A stretch of DNA of 64,000 nt from Octopus sinensis. Its lineage: Eukaryota. Location of the stretch: contig NC_043001.1 in the NCBI RefSeq assembly GCF_006345805.1, positions 115,816,001 to 115,880,000 of the forward strand, written 5' to 3'. The notes beneath the pieces were generated by a model. That model searched no databases and was not told where the DNA came from. It saw nothing but the letters and a program-made list of their open reading frames with translations. This document shows, in pieces, positions 35,881 to 53,200 of the stretch. Both the position numbers and the translations under genes were made by a program. Position 1 is the first letter of the stretch. Every line of letters begins with the position of its first letter.

Positions 35881-36310
35881 ATATATATATAGGCGCAGAA
35901 GTGGCTGTGTGGTAAGTAGCCTGCATACCAACCACATGGTTCCGGGTTCAGTCCCACTGCGTGGAATTTTGGGCAAATGTCTTCTGCTATAGCCCCGGGC
36001 CGACCAATGCCTTGTCAGTGGATTTGGTAGACGGAAACTGAAAGAAGCCTGTCGTATATATGTATATATATATATATATGTATATGTATGTGTCTGTATA
36101 TGTTTGTGTCTGTGTTTGTCCCCCTAGCATTGTTTGACAACCGATGCTGGTGTGTTTACGTCCTCGTCACGTAGCGGTTCGGCAAAAGAGACCAATAGAA
36201 TAAGTACTGGGCTTACAAAGAATAAGTCCCAGGGTCGATTTGCTCGACTAAAGGCGGTGCTCCAGCATGGCCGCAGTCACATGACTGAAACAAGTAAAAG
36301 AGTAAAGAGA
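35680..36310 (+). mobile_element. SINE family A: truncated head followed by a complete copy
   Basis: ggcgcagaagtggctgtgtgg at 35680 and 35892. Confidence 0.85.
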
Positions 36311-36464
36311 GAGAGTTACCCACCTTGCATTGTATTTCAGAGAATTAGGCGTGTGAGTCAATTAATGCCTTATTTACTGAGGATATCCTCATAAAACTAT
36401 TTTCTAAATCTCCTTAATTGATATTTAAAACCTGATAAAAAATAAATAATATCTAAGACTCTAA

Positions 36465-37050
36465 ATGGTCCAGAAGCTGGCTACCCGCATGGTTCTTGGT
36501 CTCAAGCATTTGTCATATGAAGAAAGGCTGAAGACGCTCAACCTTTATTCTCTAGAAAAACGACGACGCCATGGTGATCTCATTCTCGCTCACAACATCA
36601 TAAGCGGAAAGTGTAACCTCTCGAAAGAGCTGTTCTTCACTCCTGCTCCAGAGCGTCGGCTGCGGGGTCACTCCGAAAAGCTCTATCTGCGACGATTTCA
36701 TCTCAATCGAAGGAAAGGGCCATTCTCCGTCGGGGCTGCGGATCCGTGGAATAAGCTGCCGGACAAGATAGTGAAGATGCCGATGACCACTCGGTTCAAA
36801 GTCTCTCTTGACCACAAGTGGCCAGAACTCTTTACATGAACACCACCCTGTACATAACTCCATGTCCCCTACATGGCCTTGCTTTTTGCTTTTTTGAGTG
36901 AAAAATATGGCTGCTGTGAGCATTTCGAATGACCGTCGAATCAAGAACAGAACTCCGCATGCTTTGTTGGCAGCATGGACGCACTGGGCCGAGGGCGAAA
37001 AGGAGGAATCCACCAAGATACCCAGGTCCTTTACCTGATCCATATCAGAT
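36465..37050. mobile_element. CR1-group family 3: 3' end (plus) joined tail-to-tail to an inverted upstream RT segment (minus)
   Basis: VQKLATRMV...LRGH..WNKLP (36465-36839, plus); DQVKDLGILVDSSFSPSAQC...IRRSF (36900-37043, minus). Confidence 0.8.
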
Positions 37051-37122
37051 GTGATTTTATGTCCTTAATAGTTTTCGAGATATTCAATGTTAAAATGTGC
37101 CCAAGACTTCCGGAACATCATG

Positions 37123-37181
<59 letters not shown>

Positions 37182-37189
37182 TCAAAAAC

Positions 37190-38130
37190 ACACATCAACA
37201 TGCATGGTCACATTGCATATGAATTTACAGATACAAATTGTCAAGAAGGCTGAGGGTGTCTTGGCATCGCTCACCAAATCCTTTGTGAGCCGCTCTCCGA
37301 CTATCTATCTGCGGCTTTATATAGCTATGGTAAGACCTCACCTGGAATTTGCATCACCGGTCTGGAACCCCTATCTTGCTCAGGATATCAATCGTCTCGA
37401 AGCCGTTCAGCGACGTGCAACCAAAAGAATACCCTCCATCAGGCATTTGCCATATTCTGAACGCCTTACTTCCCTGGGCATGGACACATTGAAACTCCGA
37501 CGTCTGGCAGCTGACTTGGCAGACACCCATAAAATTATTAACCATTTTACAAACAATAACTCTGAGCACCTTTTCAAAATCCACCCGTCTAACACCCGTG
37601 GACATATTTACAAAGTCAGAAAACAGCACAGATCCCTTGAATTTCGGAAACATTTTTTCTCGCTAAGAGTTGCTGAAGCATGGAACAAACTGCCGGCATC
37701 AGTTGTTAGTTGTCGGAGCACAGCATCCTTCAAAACTTCCATGCTTCCTGAGATTCGCCAACACTACACCTGATCTTCTCCCCTCCATACAAACGCAAGC
37801 ATGGAACAAACTGCCGGCATCAGTTGTTAGTTGTCGGAGCACTGCATCCTTCAAAACTTCCATGCTTCCTGAGATTCGCCAACACTACACTTGATCTTCT
37901 CCCCTCCATACACACGCTGATGTATGGAACAAACTGCCGGCATCAGTTGTTAGTTGTCGGAGCACTGCATCCTTCAAAACTTCCATGCTTCCTGAGATTC
38001 GCCAACACTGCACCTGATTTTCTACCCTCCATACACACACAAGCATGTATCTGACTCATACATTGTTCGCCTCCCAGACATTTGTACATTACTGCATATA
38101 CTCTGACACGTTGTGGTGAACCTGAGCACT
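37190..38130 (+). mobile_element. CR1-group family 2, 5'-truncated, with three copies of the terminal ~123-bp unit
   Basis: VRPHLEFASPVWNPY..LEAVQRRATK..RGH..WNKLP; repeats at 37686, 37807 and 37930. Confidence 0.9.
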
Positions 38131-38176
38131 CTATACAATCATTTCATTATTATTATTGTTATTATTATTATTATTA

Positions 38177-38254
<78 letters not shown>

Positions 38255-38256
<2 letters not shown>

Positions 38257-38840
38257 ACATACAAGCACAAATATACACACACATATACATAAAGTTATGC
38301 CAACATTATGGAAAAACAGAAAAAAAGACGGTATAGGCAGATACCAGAAAAGGTCACAGAAAACGAGAAAGCAACCATACTCTGGGATATGCCGATACAC
38401 ACAGATAGAGAAATTAAGGCCAACAGACCAGATATAGTTGTCAGAGATGAGGAAGAAAAAAGTGCTTTCTAATTGATGTATCAATACCGGCAGATGACAA
38501 CGTGTCTCTAAAAGAAATGGAGAAACATTCAAAATACAAAGACCTGGAAATAGAGGTAACCAGAATGTGGAATCTAAAAACAGAAACAATTCCTATCATA
38601 GTAGGCGCATTAGGCATGATAAAGAAATATTCAGACAAATACATAACAAAAACACCAGGACTTACAAACACATATAACATACAGAAAATTGCACTACTAG
38701 GCACTGCACACATCCTACGCAAAACACTTTCCATACAATAACCATTAGAGCATCACAACAAATCACAGCACATACCCAAGGCACACAGAGCTGCGCTCGG
38801 TAGCGAAGTGAAAGCAGGCTATAAAAATAAGACTACTGAA
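38255..38840 (+). mobile_element. R4/Dong-like non-LTR element 3' part encoding a restriction-like endonuclease
   Basis: ENEKATILWDMPIHTDREIKANRPDIV..CFLIDVSIP..EK.SKYKDL..IVGALG (one frameshift); (ATT)n upstream and (AAT)n downstream. Confidence 0.85.
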
Positions 38841-38852
38841 TAATAATAATAA

Positions 38853-38983
<131 letters not shown>

Positions 38984-38984
38984 G

Positions 38985-42110
<3,126 letters not shown>

Positions 42111-42299
42111 GTATGTAAGCGCTTGTATGTATATATTATGTATTTGTAAATGCAAGTTTGGATATTTCAGATCTATTGCATATGCTCATATTATATATAT
42201 ATATATATATATATAATAATATATATATATATATGTAGATATATATATAATACATATATGCATACATAGACACGCACACACACACATACACGTATAAGC

Positions 42300-43100
42300 T
42301 ATTTGGAGTTTGTTGACTTGTCGATTGTCAGGTTGACTCTTGTTTTACATTGGAGATTTGATGGGCCTCGGGGCTTGCTATATGATTATTTAGAATTAGT
42401 GAAGTGCATGAATGTCGGGCAGTATTTATGCTTACATGAATAAATAACGTCAGAGAATTTAACAGCGAGGAGTTGTGTAGGCGAAGAATAGTTAATGACC
42501 CGTTTATACATAACATACCTTTACCTATATTTGTGTTGTAGAGGGGAGCTTCACATACTATGGACCACGATAGAGAGTATTGGATATTGTTTTGAATTGA
42601 GGTTGTATATGTGTGTTGCTAAAGATTGAAATAGTTTAGATTTGGGATTAGTGAAAGAACACATATGAGCACGACAACGGCATTCAAAATCCTCAGTGCC
42701 ACAAATATACACCTTTGCCTGGTGGGTGCTTGGGGTCATCACGTGGCACTTATAGCTTACGCTTTTCAGGAGACAGGGGCCTGCATACCGTATATTTCAG
42801 AGCCGGTCAGTTGCAAGTGGTTAGGGTTTACTATTAGTAATGTTTGATGTTGGTTGGTGTTGTTAGTGGGGAGAATCTAAATTAGGATTTTATTAGTATC
42901 GGATTGGAGGCTGTAATGGAACTAATATTTGTCGTCTCGTAGATAGGGTTGTAGAATGTTGGCTTAAGTTTAGTATTATATAATTGAGGTGGCTTATTAA
43001 GGTTTGTATTATTGTATTGTCAAGGCTAGCTTGGGATTTTGGGGAAAATTTTGGTTTTATCCACACATAAAGCCTACCGGTGTTTTATAAAGACTTATGG
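42300..43100 (-). mobile_element. PLE GIY-YIG fragment, paralog of 50390-51060
   Basis: VYICGTEDFECRCRAH...SLATHIY; high similarity to the copy near 50.4-51 kb. Confidence 0.75.
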
Positions 43101-43979
43101 AGACACGGGTCCGCAGCTAGCTTTGTTGTCGTTGATGTGTATGTAGTTTCAAAATGTTTTATTCTTCAACTATGAGATATATTGTTGATTTTTTGATTTT
43201 ATCTTACTATAATCAGCAACAAACACATTCCGTCAATATTAAATACTTTATTAGATAAAAAAAATATCATTATCAAAACATGAAGGTAAAACAAAACAAA
43301 TGTGCTTTGTTTTCTTCCAGGCACCAATGTACTGTAGCAATAGTCTTTCATCGACTGACCTTTTCTCTGAAAAAATCAATGGAATCATTCGATCTCCTTA
43401 CACAAATTATTTTCCTCCTGGAATATATAAAAACAGATACACACATTAGGTTCACCTTTCTCTAAGCGGCACACTAAATTTCCCAGGTAAAAAATAGCGG
43501 CTTGTACACCGGAAAATATGGTATTTCTTTTTTTGTCATATTCATATCGACTTTCACTTCATAATCGTTACAGAAACTCTTGACTGCGCATGCCTGAATG
43601 TCTACATTAAAGTATTTTCTAAGCTAAATTCTCTGCCTGATCTACAGGCTCATTAGGCACCCAGTATCTCGGTATCGAACGTATTTCAACACACAAGGAT
43701 ACAACACACCCAACTGAACAGGATACCAGTCTGTCGCAATGTTAACCCTGTTTAATGCTGGTACTTTTCAGATGAGTGCACTGGAAGTGTCTTTCTCGTG
43801 GACACAACTTACCGAAACAATAAATGCATACGCTTATATGTGTGTTTGTGGGCGCTTATGTACATATCCGTGTATGTGGTGTTATTGTATGCATGTACAC
43901 ACACACACACATAATCTTTTATTCTTTAATTCTTTTGCTTATTTAAAGGTGAATTTAAAAGTCGTCATGCCAATCACAT

Positions 43980-44220
43980 AATCCCCTTCCGACATAGGAC
44001 AAAAGTAAAGATACGAAACTGGCTAAGTTTGGAAAGAAAACGAAACACCACATGTGACTGGATGGGAAGTAATTGAGAATCCGTAACTTATGTGAATGGA
44101 TCAAATAAATATAAGCTTTGTTTAGCTGAAAGAGTGCATATCTGTTCAGATCTAACATGCTTAATTCTCTATTGGACTCTAGGTCAGGAATTTTCAGTCG
44201 TTGTCAAGTATAAATATATT
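43980..44220 (+). mobile_element. Another PLE GIY-YIG C-terminal remnant
   Basis: SFRHRTK...YVNGSNKYKLCLAERVHICSD pattern. Confidence 0.5.
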
Positions 44221-44379
44221 TTGAAGAACTGGAAAATTCCGTCTATTCTTGATTAAATTTTTGATATTATTTTAGCCTTATAATTCAAGGTCTAACGGGG
44301 GAGAAACACTTAAATGCTGTTTTTTCTTTTCCCTTTTCCCATTTTCGTTTTGTGCTTTCGCTTTCCGATTTCCGGAACA

Positions 44380-45084
44380 CTGGGCATGCTGTGGCAGACA
44401 TGCACTGGGGCTGCGGCATCTCCAAACATTCTGCCTAAACGGTGAACAGGTGTGGTCATCGTTTGTCAAACAGGATTTCCACATCTCATCTCCTAAACTA
44501 AGCTGCAGTCCTGGGTCAAGAAGAGACCGAGAAAGGGTGACTAGCATCTGGAATGTTGCTAGGCACTCACTGTCCTCTACCAGGTGGGCAATGCGATCAG
44601 TGGAATGTCCACTCTTGAGTTCTATGGACGGTTAGTGGAGGGAAAGTGCAATGAAGCACTTGGAGAGACGCTATGCGTTAACAAAATTGAACTAACCAGT
44701 CTATACATTTGTCGGATATCATTGTTATTCTTTTAAATGTGTACTCGTTGTCTCTGCGTTAAATCCCCACTGTCTATGTCTACTGTATCCTGTTTGTTTA
44801 CTACCCACAAGGGGCTAAACACAAAGAGGACAAACAAGGACAGACAAACGAATTAAGTCGATTATATCGACCACAGTGCGTAACTGGTACATCTTAATCG
44901 ACCCCGAAAGTATGAAAGGCAAAGTCAACCTCGGGGGAATTTGAACTCAGAACAGAACGTCACGGCAGACGAAATACCGCTTAGCATTTCGCCCAACGTA
45001 CTGAAGATTCTGCCAGCTCTCACCGCCTTGTCAACTGAATCTTCTCCTATATGCCGGCCCTATTGGCAAATAATAATAAATTAC

Positions 45085-45123
<39 letters not shown>

Positions 45124-45146
45124 TAATAATAATAATAATAATATTA

Positions 45147-45194
<48 letters not shown>

Positions 45195-45552
45195 GGAATT
45201 TTTTGCAGCTAAACTTTTCACTCACTTCTTCACAGTAAATTTACGTCATTTAATGCAATCGTTAATGTGATATTCCCTTCAGTTTCATATTAAAGAAAAG
45301 CTTAGGCAGGGTTATGTATCTAATTGCATCACAACACAGACACCACACACACACACACACGAACATCATACACATCAACCCTCCTCCCTTTCTTTCCGCT
45401 CTCTCTCTCTCTCTTCTATCACTCCCTCTCACCCTCTCTCGTTTTAAATCTTCCACTTCCACCGCCAATCATCATCAACTGCTGACTGAAAGATTTCAAA
45501 TCGAAATTATATAATTAGAAATACAGATGCCATATATTATATAATAAGTAAA

Positions 45553-45626
<74 letters not shown>

Positions 45627-46897
45627 TATATATATATATATATATAATATATATATATATATATTATATATATATATATATATAATATGACTTAGTTTGT
45701 GGAATGTTCGTATCAGCTAACACGGTCTACGGCATCATAATACTGTCCACGAAGCGTTGATATGAGCAAAGCTTATCTAAGAGAAGTCTGTGGGCCTGCA
45801 AATCGGAAGATGGAGAGGCAGACCCATACCAACCGACAGTTTGTAGGGCGCTAAACGGAAAGACAGGTTAAACTCTTTGGGGTCTGGTTTGCTCTAGACC
45901 TCGAGGTGGACAACAACGGGTGGGAGGTGACGAACAGGATAGTCGATCTCACCTAGAAGTTGGCAGAGAGGAAGCTGTTCGTGAAGGGTCGAGTCGAGGT
46001 GGCGAATGCGTATATCGCTTCCGTCATCTATGACTGCCTGAATGTAGTCCCATGCCTGATAAAGTTGGAGCGTTTCTTATTCCGCTTTCTAAAGAAGGAA
46101 CGTGTTCTGCTGTCAACAACCTCTCAGTGGAGTACTGGACATGCCGTTGCTTATGATTCGCAGACATGCGCTGAGACTTCTACATCTCCTGCGTGTCTTT
46201 AACGGTGAGCATGGGGGATTGACTGTTTGTCAAGCGGGTCTTTCCGCAGCTCGTCTCATTGATAAATTTACAGTACTGAGTCAAGCGTTGGCCAAGAAAA
46301 GGCGCTTGGCACCTGGAGCGTCGGCAAGCTCTCACAGCTTTCTGCCAGTCGGGCAACGCGGGCGTTGAAAGTTCAACCATGGATTTATATAGGGGATTAG
46401 TAGAGGGGAAAGAACAACGACGAAATCGGGGTAAATTCTTGGCGTTGGTGGGGGAAATCAACTAACTGGTCTTCAACTTCCAGAAATCCCTGGCCTGGCA
46501 GTGCTACCGGAGAGCTCTGCCGATTCAAAACGAGCTCTACAGATACGAAAGTGTTGTCGGAAGGATATGTTTGGGTTGTGCGAGGGCGATGTAATAGTCC
46601 TGCATGCACTCGTCTGCCCAGTTTATGAGCCGAGTTCATTGTAAATATCGCCCCCGGCACCTTCTTTAGGCCGGGAAGGAAAAGCAGTTTCTTCTGCCCG
46701 GGTGGCTACAGAAGTAGTGTGGTGGACGAGACTGAAAAATTGAAGACTAAACCTCCTTCACAGTAAATTATGTCATTTATTATATCATTTAAATTATCAT
46801 TAATATTCACTTCAGTTTTATATTAAAGAAACACATAGGCATGCTTATGTATCACACACAACACTCTCTCACACACAGATACACACACACAAACAAA

Positions 46898-46928
<31 letters not shown>

Positions 46929-46960
46929 CAGGACATATACAATTGAAGACCCTTCACACC
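44380..46960 (+). repeat. Tx1 fragments, SINE B, module M and Tx1 RT/3' fragment; 44705-46960 paralogous to 61670-64000
   Basis: Near-identical ORF translations at 46397-46660 and 63468-63710; shared junctions. Confidence 0.85.
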
Positions 46961-48050
46961 ACAAAATCCTCGCCTGTCATCCTTCATTCGTATAAAATAT
47001 TGCTACTTTGATAACGAAAATTCTTTTCCCATAACTTTAAAGCTGCTAAAACCTTTAATTCCTCTTCAGAATTGTTATAATTCTCTATCATATACTTTAT
47101 TTACAAACGTAATTTTCTGAAACGAAACTATTGTAAATGAATTGTATCGTTTGCTTCCATGTCAATCATTATATATACCATTTAAATTATTATCGTTATT
47201 GATAACGTGATATTCTGAAGTGACACTAACGTTAAATGAATCTATCGTCTGCTCACAGGAAATATTTGTCTGCTATTTCTAGCATTTCCAGCTTAAACTT
47301 CAGAGAGATCTTCGTGAATAGAATGGTGGATGACAATGTGAACACTGGAGGGTCTAACAAAGAATTTAGAAATGTACTTCATTTAATGTTGACTTTAGAC
47401 GTTGTATTTGGGGAAGAGATCGATGAAAACAGGTATCGAGCAAAGTGAGATTGATTCTAAAACATGAAAAATCTGTCGTCTGATCGTATAACAATATTTT
47501 GATCATTTCCGGTTAATGTCGCTTTTAAACGATTTTTCTCAAATATTTTTTGTTTCTTCCTTTGCTTCTGACGTTATTTCTTTGATACGAAAGTTTCATG
47601 AGAGTATTACTTCTTCTCTGCCCCTCCACTGTTCATAAGTGTTGGCTAGGTTTTCACTGTTTAGGGCTCTGCAATATGCTTTTTTTCTTTTACTTAATAT
47701 CTTAACCCGGATGTTTTTCATTTGATTTCTCTTTTTGTATGTGTCCTTTTTCCAAGCTGAGTTCATTCAATTCATTCAGTACGTATTGTGTGGTTGAATT
47801 TAGGTTGTGGATATCCGTTTCTGAGTTCTGCTTTGTTCTCATTTTGTTGTGGTATGTAAGAAGGGAATAAGTGGTTTCTATGTAGATTGCGTTTTGTGCC
47901 ATTACATCGAAGGCATCAGCAAGGCATTCATGTTTTATCATGGTTGAAAGTTTTTGGTAAATTTCTTCTAATAATATTTCAGATTTCAGTGATTCGGCAC
48001 ACACACACAAATCTGCATAAATGTATATAGATATATATAATTATATAATA

Positions 48051-48081
<31 letters not shown>

Positions 48082-48562
48082 GTTGGTGTGTGTGGGTGTG
48101 TGTGTGTGTTGTGTGTGGTGTGTGTGTGTGTAGATATTATATACTATAATGAATATATACGTATCTATAATTCTGATAACTGTGTGTGCGGGTTGTTTAT
48201 ATATATACATACATATACACACACACACACAGATATCACAATTTGTAAATTAGTACTTAGATTATTTCAAGTTAATTTCAGTTCCGCGCATGCAAACAGT
48301 CTCATACAGTTACGCATATACACACATAACACACACAAAACCCTCTTCCACTTCTTTCTCCCGCCCTCTCTCTCTCTCTTTCTATCACTTTCTTCCCCTC
48401 TCTTCATTACACTCTTCCAGTAGCACCGCCCATTTTGACTGCTGACGCAACACAAACTTTTCATATCGCATTCATATAATGAGAAATAAAGACGCCTATC
48501 TATATCTACAACACACCACACACACACATATATTATATATATTATAGTATATATATATATAT

Positions 48563-48609
<47 letters not shown>

Positions 48610-48647
48610 ATATATATATATATATATCTATAGATATAATATATGCT

Positions 48648-49740
48648 AACGGGTGCGTTGTGTTCTGCTACTTCAATGAAAAAATGTATGGTAAAAAACA
48701 ATGACGCAATATATATATATGCGCACATATAATATAATAAAACATTCACTAACTCTTACGAACAGAAGCGAATTCCTTTCTTTGGTAAGTTACGATTTTC
48801 ATTATATTATATCTGACATCTATTGGCCATCGTCCAGACTCCTCAACGGCATTTAGGATGGGATAAAAAGGTTCTCCAACCGTTAAGACCTTATAAGTTT
48901 TTGTCCCCAATTACCTAAAATGTTTTTTATTCTTTTATTTTTACTTCATAATTTTCAGTTAACCCCTTAGCATTGTAACTGGCCACGTCGGGCCCAAATA
49001 TTCTTCCTGTTTTCTGTTGAAACCGAACACATCAGCCCTTTCACAACCACCATGCAAAGTTAGTCTAAAAGTAAGCAATCACATAATCAAAATCTCAAAG
49101 CTAGAAGATAACCTATGATTAATTGTAAACGATGTGAATAAATAAGTAATTCATCTGAATGTTGAAGGAGTATCCCCTTCTAGCTTGTGCTCTAATGAAA
49201 CAGCAATTCCATCTCAAATTACATGTGGGGTCTTTTTTAAGAACACATTTCAGGTACGACGGCGTGGTGAAGAATGTTAGTAGTACAAAAAATCGGGTCG
49301 GTATTTTTCTTAGTATTTGACTTTTGTTAATTATTGTTTGAAGCCGAGAAGGGGTCAAATGACAGTAGAGGCGGTTGAATTGCAAAAATTTGATGAAATT
49401 TGTGATGTGTGTTGGAGAGATATAGAAGGCTGAGAGGAGGAGGAAAAATCGATTGATCATAATACATGGAATAAATTTGGGATGCGTGTTATATATATTA
49501 TTTTCTGTGGGTATCTATATATATGCTGACTACTTTATGTTTTTAATACTGTGTATTAATGTAGGAGTTTATATGTTTATATATTGTGCGTATATGTGTG
49601 TGTGTTGCATGTATGTATGTAAGAGCTTGTATGTATATATTATGTATTTGTAATTGTGTATATATTATGTATTGTAAATGCAAGTTTTGATATTTCAGAT
49701 TTATTGCATTTGCTTATATATATATATATATATATATATA
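48648..49740 (+). repeat. Duplicated segment, paralog at 59218-60300; contains a TTAACCC-terminated MITE-like element (48958-49175)
   Basis: Collinear similarity including ggccatcgtccag..., ttaaccc.ttagcattgtaactggccacgtcggg and gtcttttttaag.acacatttcaggtacg. Confidence 0.85.
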
Positions 49741-49860
49741 AATGAATAAATAAATATATATATAATATATAATTCAACATTGAGGGTAAAATTAATTAAT
49801 TAATCAATTTCACCAAGTATTCAGTATGCAAAGGGACCATTTAGGCGAATAAATTATTAC

Positions 49861-50237
49861 ATTATATAAAAGGGCTTAGTAAAATAAATTACTTTGCCGC
49901 ATACTGAACTCATTAGAAATAGCAGCCAAAAAAAACTTTTTTAAAAACTATTTCTAATACTTAAAGAAAACCTCTCTCATATAGTGTTTGCTCAATTCAA
50001 CTCACGAAGTATGAGGGTAAAGACATTAAAAAATCAAATGCAAAGGTTATTAATAACCTTGCATTTGATTTTTTAATGTCTTACCCTCATACTTCGTGAG
50101 TTGATTGAGCAAACACTATATGAGAGAGGTTTTCTTTAAGTATTAGAAATAGTTTTTAAAAAGTTTTTTTGGCTGCTATTTCTAATGAGTTCAGTATGCG
50201 GCAAAGTAATTTATTTTACTAAGCCCTTTTATATAAT
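49861..50237. repeat. Spacer-less palindrome with ~190-bp arms
   Basis: Centre ggttatt|aataacc at 50051/50052; arms differ only by a few 1-bp indels. Confidence 0.9.
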
Positions 50238-50295
50238 ATATATATATATATTACACATATATATATTATATATATATATAATAATATATATATAT

Positions 50296-50349
<54 letters not shown>

Positions 50350-50389
50350 TACATATATGCGTACATAGGTACACAAACACACAGACATA

Positions 50390-53200
50390 TAAGCTATTTG
50401 GAATGTGTTCACTTGTCGATTGTCAGGTTGACTCTTGTTTTACACACTAAAACTTTGATGGCCTCGGGGCTTGCTATATGATTATTTAGAATTAGTGAGT
50501 GCATGAATGTCGGGCAGTATTTATGCTTACATGAATAAATTACGTCAGAGTATTAACAGCGAGGAGTTGTGGAGGCGAAGAATATTAATGACCCTTTTAT
50601 ACATAACATACATTGACCTATATTTGTGTTGTAGAGGGGAGCTTCACATACTATGGACCACGATAGAGAGTATTGGTATATTGTTTTGAATTGAGGTTGT
50701 ATATGTGTGTGCTAAAGATAGAAATATTTTAGATTTGGAATTAGTGAAATAATACATATGAGCACGACAACGGCATTCAAAATCCTCAGTGCCACAAATA
50801 TACAACCTTGGCCTGTGGGTGCTTGGGGTCATCACGTGCACTTATAGCTTACGACGCTTTTCAGGAGACAGGGGCCTGCATACCGTATATTTCAGAGCCG
50901 GTCAGTTGCAGTGGTTGGGGTTTACTATTAGTAATGTTGATGTTGGTTGTTGTTGTGAGTGGGGAGAATCTAAATTAGGATTTATTTAGTATCGGATTGG
51001 GAGGTGTTGTAATGGAACTAATATTTTTCGTCTCGTAGATAGGGTTGTAGAATGAGGTGTTGTAGAAGACTGGTGTTGGAGTTTATGTTTTTTCGAGGAG
51101 GGTATTATATAGTTATATATAGTTATATAGATAACTATAGTTAGGTGCAGTAGCGTAGGAGATCTTCACTGATGATTTATTAGAGATAGGATAAGATTTT
51201 TTATGCTGTGGACAAAAATTAGATTTTATACTTTTGAAAAATAATTTTGCTAGAGATTTAACTTGGAGCGAGGACGGTGATACAAACCATAGGAGTTCGC
51301 GTTTCCAAGCCTTTGATTGTTTACAATGTGTGGATGAAGTTCGCTGATTCGAAAATGGAGGTTTGTAGTTGTTATAGGCTCGAGGTGGCCAATGATGCGA
51401 AGGAGTTTAGGTGAGTTTTTTTGTGGAGTTGCTGGATTGGTGTCGAGTTGAAGTAATGGCCTTTGAATCAGTGGAAGAGGTTTGCTATTTCAGTTTTAAG
51501 CTTCGTGTTATTGATCGAAAAATTCTATTCATTTTGAGGGCCTGATTATAATGATAGACATGTAACTAGGCTAAAAGGGGATAAGTTTTGGATGATTAGA
51601 GTGGACATTTAAGTATTGTAAAGATTGGTTGGGTTTATAGAAAGGACGGTATAAGTTAGTGTTTAAGTAAAGATTAACGTCCAAAAAATTGGTATCAATT
51701 TCGAATGAAATACTTAGGATGAAGATTTTGAAGAGTTTGCGTAGGGCTGTCCTTGTGTGCTCTACTGAAGGTTCAGTTAATCCAGTTACTGCAAGAATTT
51801 GCATCATCCCTCTATTGTCCGCCGGTTATGTTAGGCAAGCATTGTTTAATCTGGGGGATGAGGAACAAGCCCACAAGATCTGTGCGTGGGCGGAGTCCGA
51901 TAAGTCCATTGTTATATCGAAGTAATCCATAGATTCGTTGGACGTTCAATAATTACACTTAAATTGAATTAAAGTTTTCTTCATTGCCAGAGTGATATTC
52001 ATATCCGATCTGCGGATGGAAGCATAATTTCGGGCAAATATTAAGTTTTTATCCAAAAGTATTTGTGATATTGACGGTAATCATTGATACTGTTTTATAA
52101 TTTAGAGTTGAGGAATTATGTATGATATTTGAATTGGACGGGTAGATGTCTACACTTTATTGTTAACAGGACATCTGAAGAAGGCTGGAGAATATCTCAG
52201 CCGAAACGTTGTAGTAACCTAACAAGATGAGGACACCTGTCCGTTCGATTGTAAATATTCTTTTCTACTCTAGTCACAAAGCCCGAATTTTGGGGCAGGG
52301 CCCAGTTGATTAGATCGCCCCACTACGCAACGGGTACTTAATGTTTCAAACCGAAGGATGAAAGGTAAAGTCGAAAACGGCGGAATTTTGAACTCAGAAC
52401 GTAAAAACAGAACGCTAAGCATTTTGCCCTGCGTGCAAAAACGTTTCTGCCAACTCGGTGCCTGTTCATTGTAAATATTGCAATAATTTGACATGTCAAA
52501 CTGAAGGAAATTCGTGCGTTTATGGTGGAGAGAGGAATACCAAAAATAATGTATCAAGTGCAATTCCATAGCGGAGCTCAACGTATTCCTGACACGGTGT
52601 ATATACGGTCAATAATGCATTAACTAATTCGACCCAGTCGGATTTTCTGGGGCAAATGAATCGGATGGAAGCCTAGAATAGAAGTTATAACCTCCCTCTC
52701 TACCTACCCTTATCTGATATCGAACCGCTAAGTCCATCCTTTTTTCACTAATTTAACTTGGACATAAACTAAACCACTTTCTACCACTCTCCACCTTTAA
52801 TACCATCATCGCTTATGATCTTGAAATCTATTTTCTCCATCCTGCAACTATTCTCTGTCTAAACATCCCTAACTCCCCTTCCTAATAAATGTAGCCCTCT
52901 ATAAAATCAATCAGTCTTCAACCTCTATCATGTCAACATTTTAAATGTAAAATCTTTAATATAAAGTTCTTCCTCCGGAGAGGTGATGTTATCCAACAAT
53001 GGACCCTGATATCTGTCAAATATCAGGACCAAAAAGATCCCTAAAACGGCCGTAGAACATTTAAAACTCTACCTATACTATTTGTGATACTGTTTTATCT
53101 GAAAATTAGACTGTCTTCTTGATATCCACTCACATTTACTTTTTTGCTTTCGATTCAATGTATCTTCATATGTAAATGTAAATAAATATCTAGCTCGCTT
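50390..53200 (-). mobile_element. Decayed near full-length Penelope-like element (RT plus GIY-YIG) with nested insertions
   Basis: RFICPRKSD.GRIS, NFLQFD, PSISQILLDK, FDITM, DLVGLF, *RDD, FLDVNL..YLNVHSNHP, then LYICGTEDFECRCRAH; interrupted at ~52090-52480. Confidence 0.75.
52171..52214 (+). ncRNA. Minimal hammerhead-like motif in a nested PLE terminal fragment
   Basis: CTGAAGA A GGCTG..CAGCC GAAA with palindromic AACGTT; weak stem I. Confidence 0.45.

Noticed and set aside
36465-37050. Twin-priming inversion
   Set aside because: The junction is tail-to-tail, not head-to-head; reported instead as a different finding.
43240-43370. Possible exon(s) near ttttcttccag / ttttttcag
   Set aside because: No matching donor and no recognisable peptide.
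47702-48010. 102-aa minus-strand ORF
   Set aside because: No recognisable motif; it may be a PLE N-terminal remnant, but this cannot be supported by eye.
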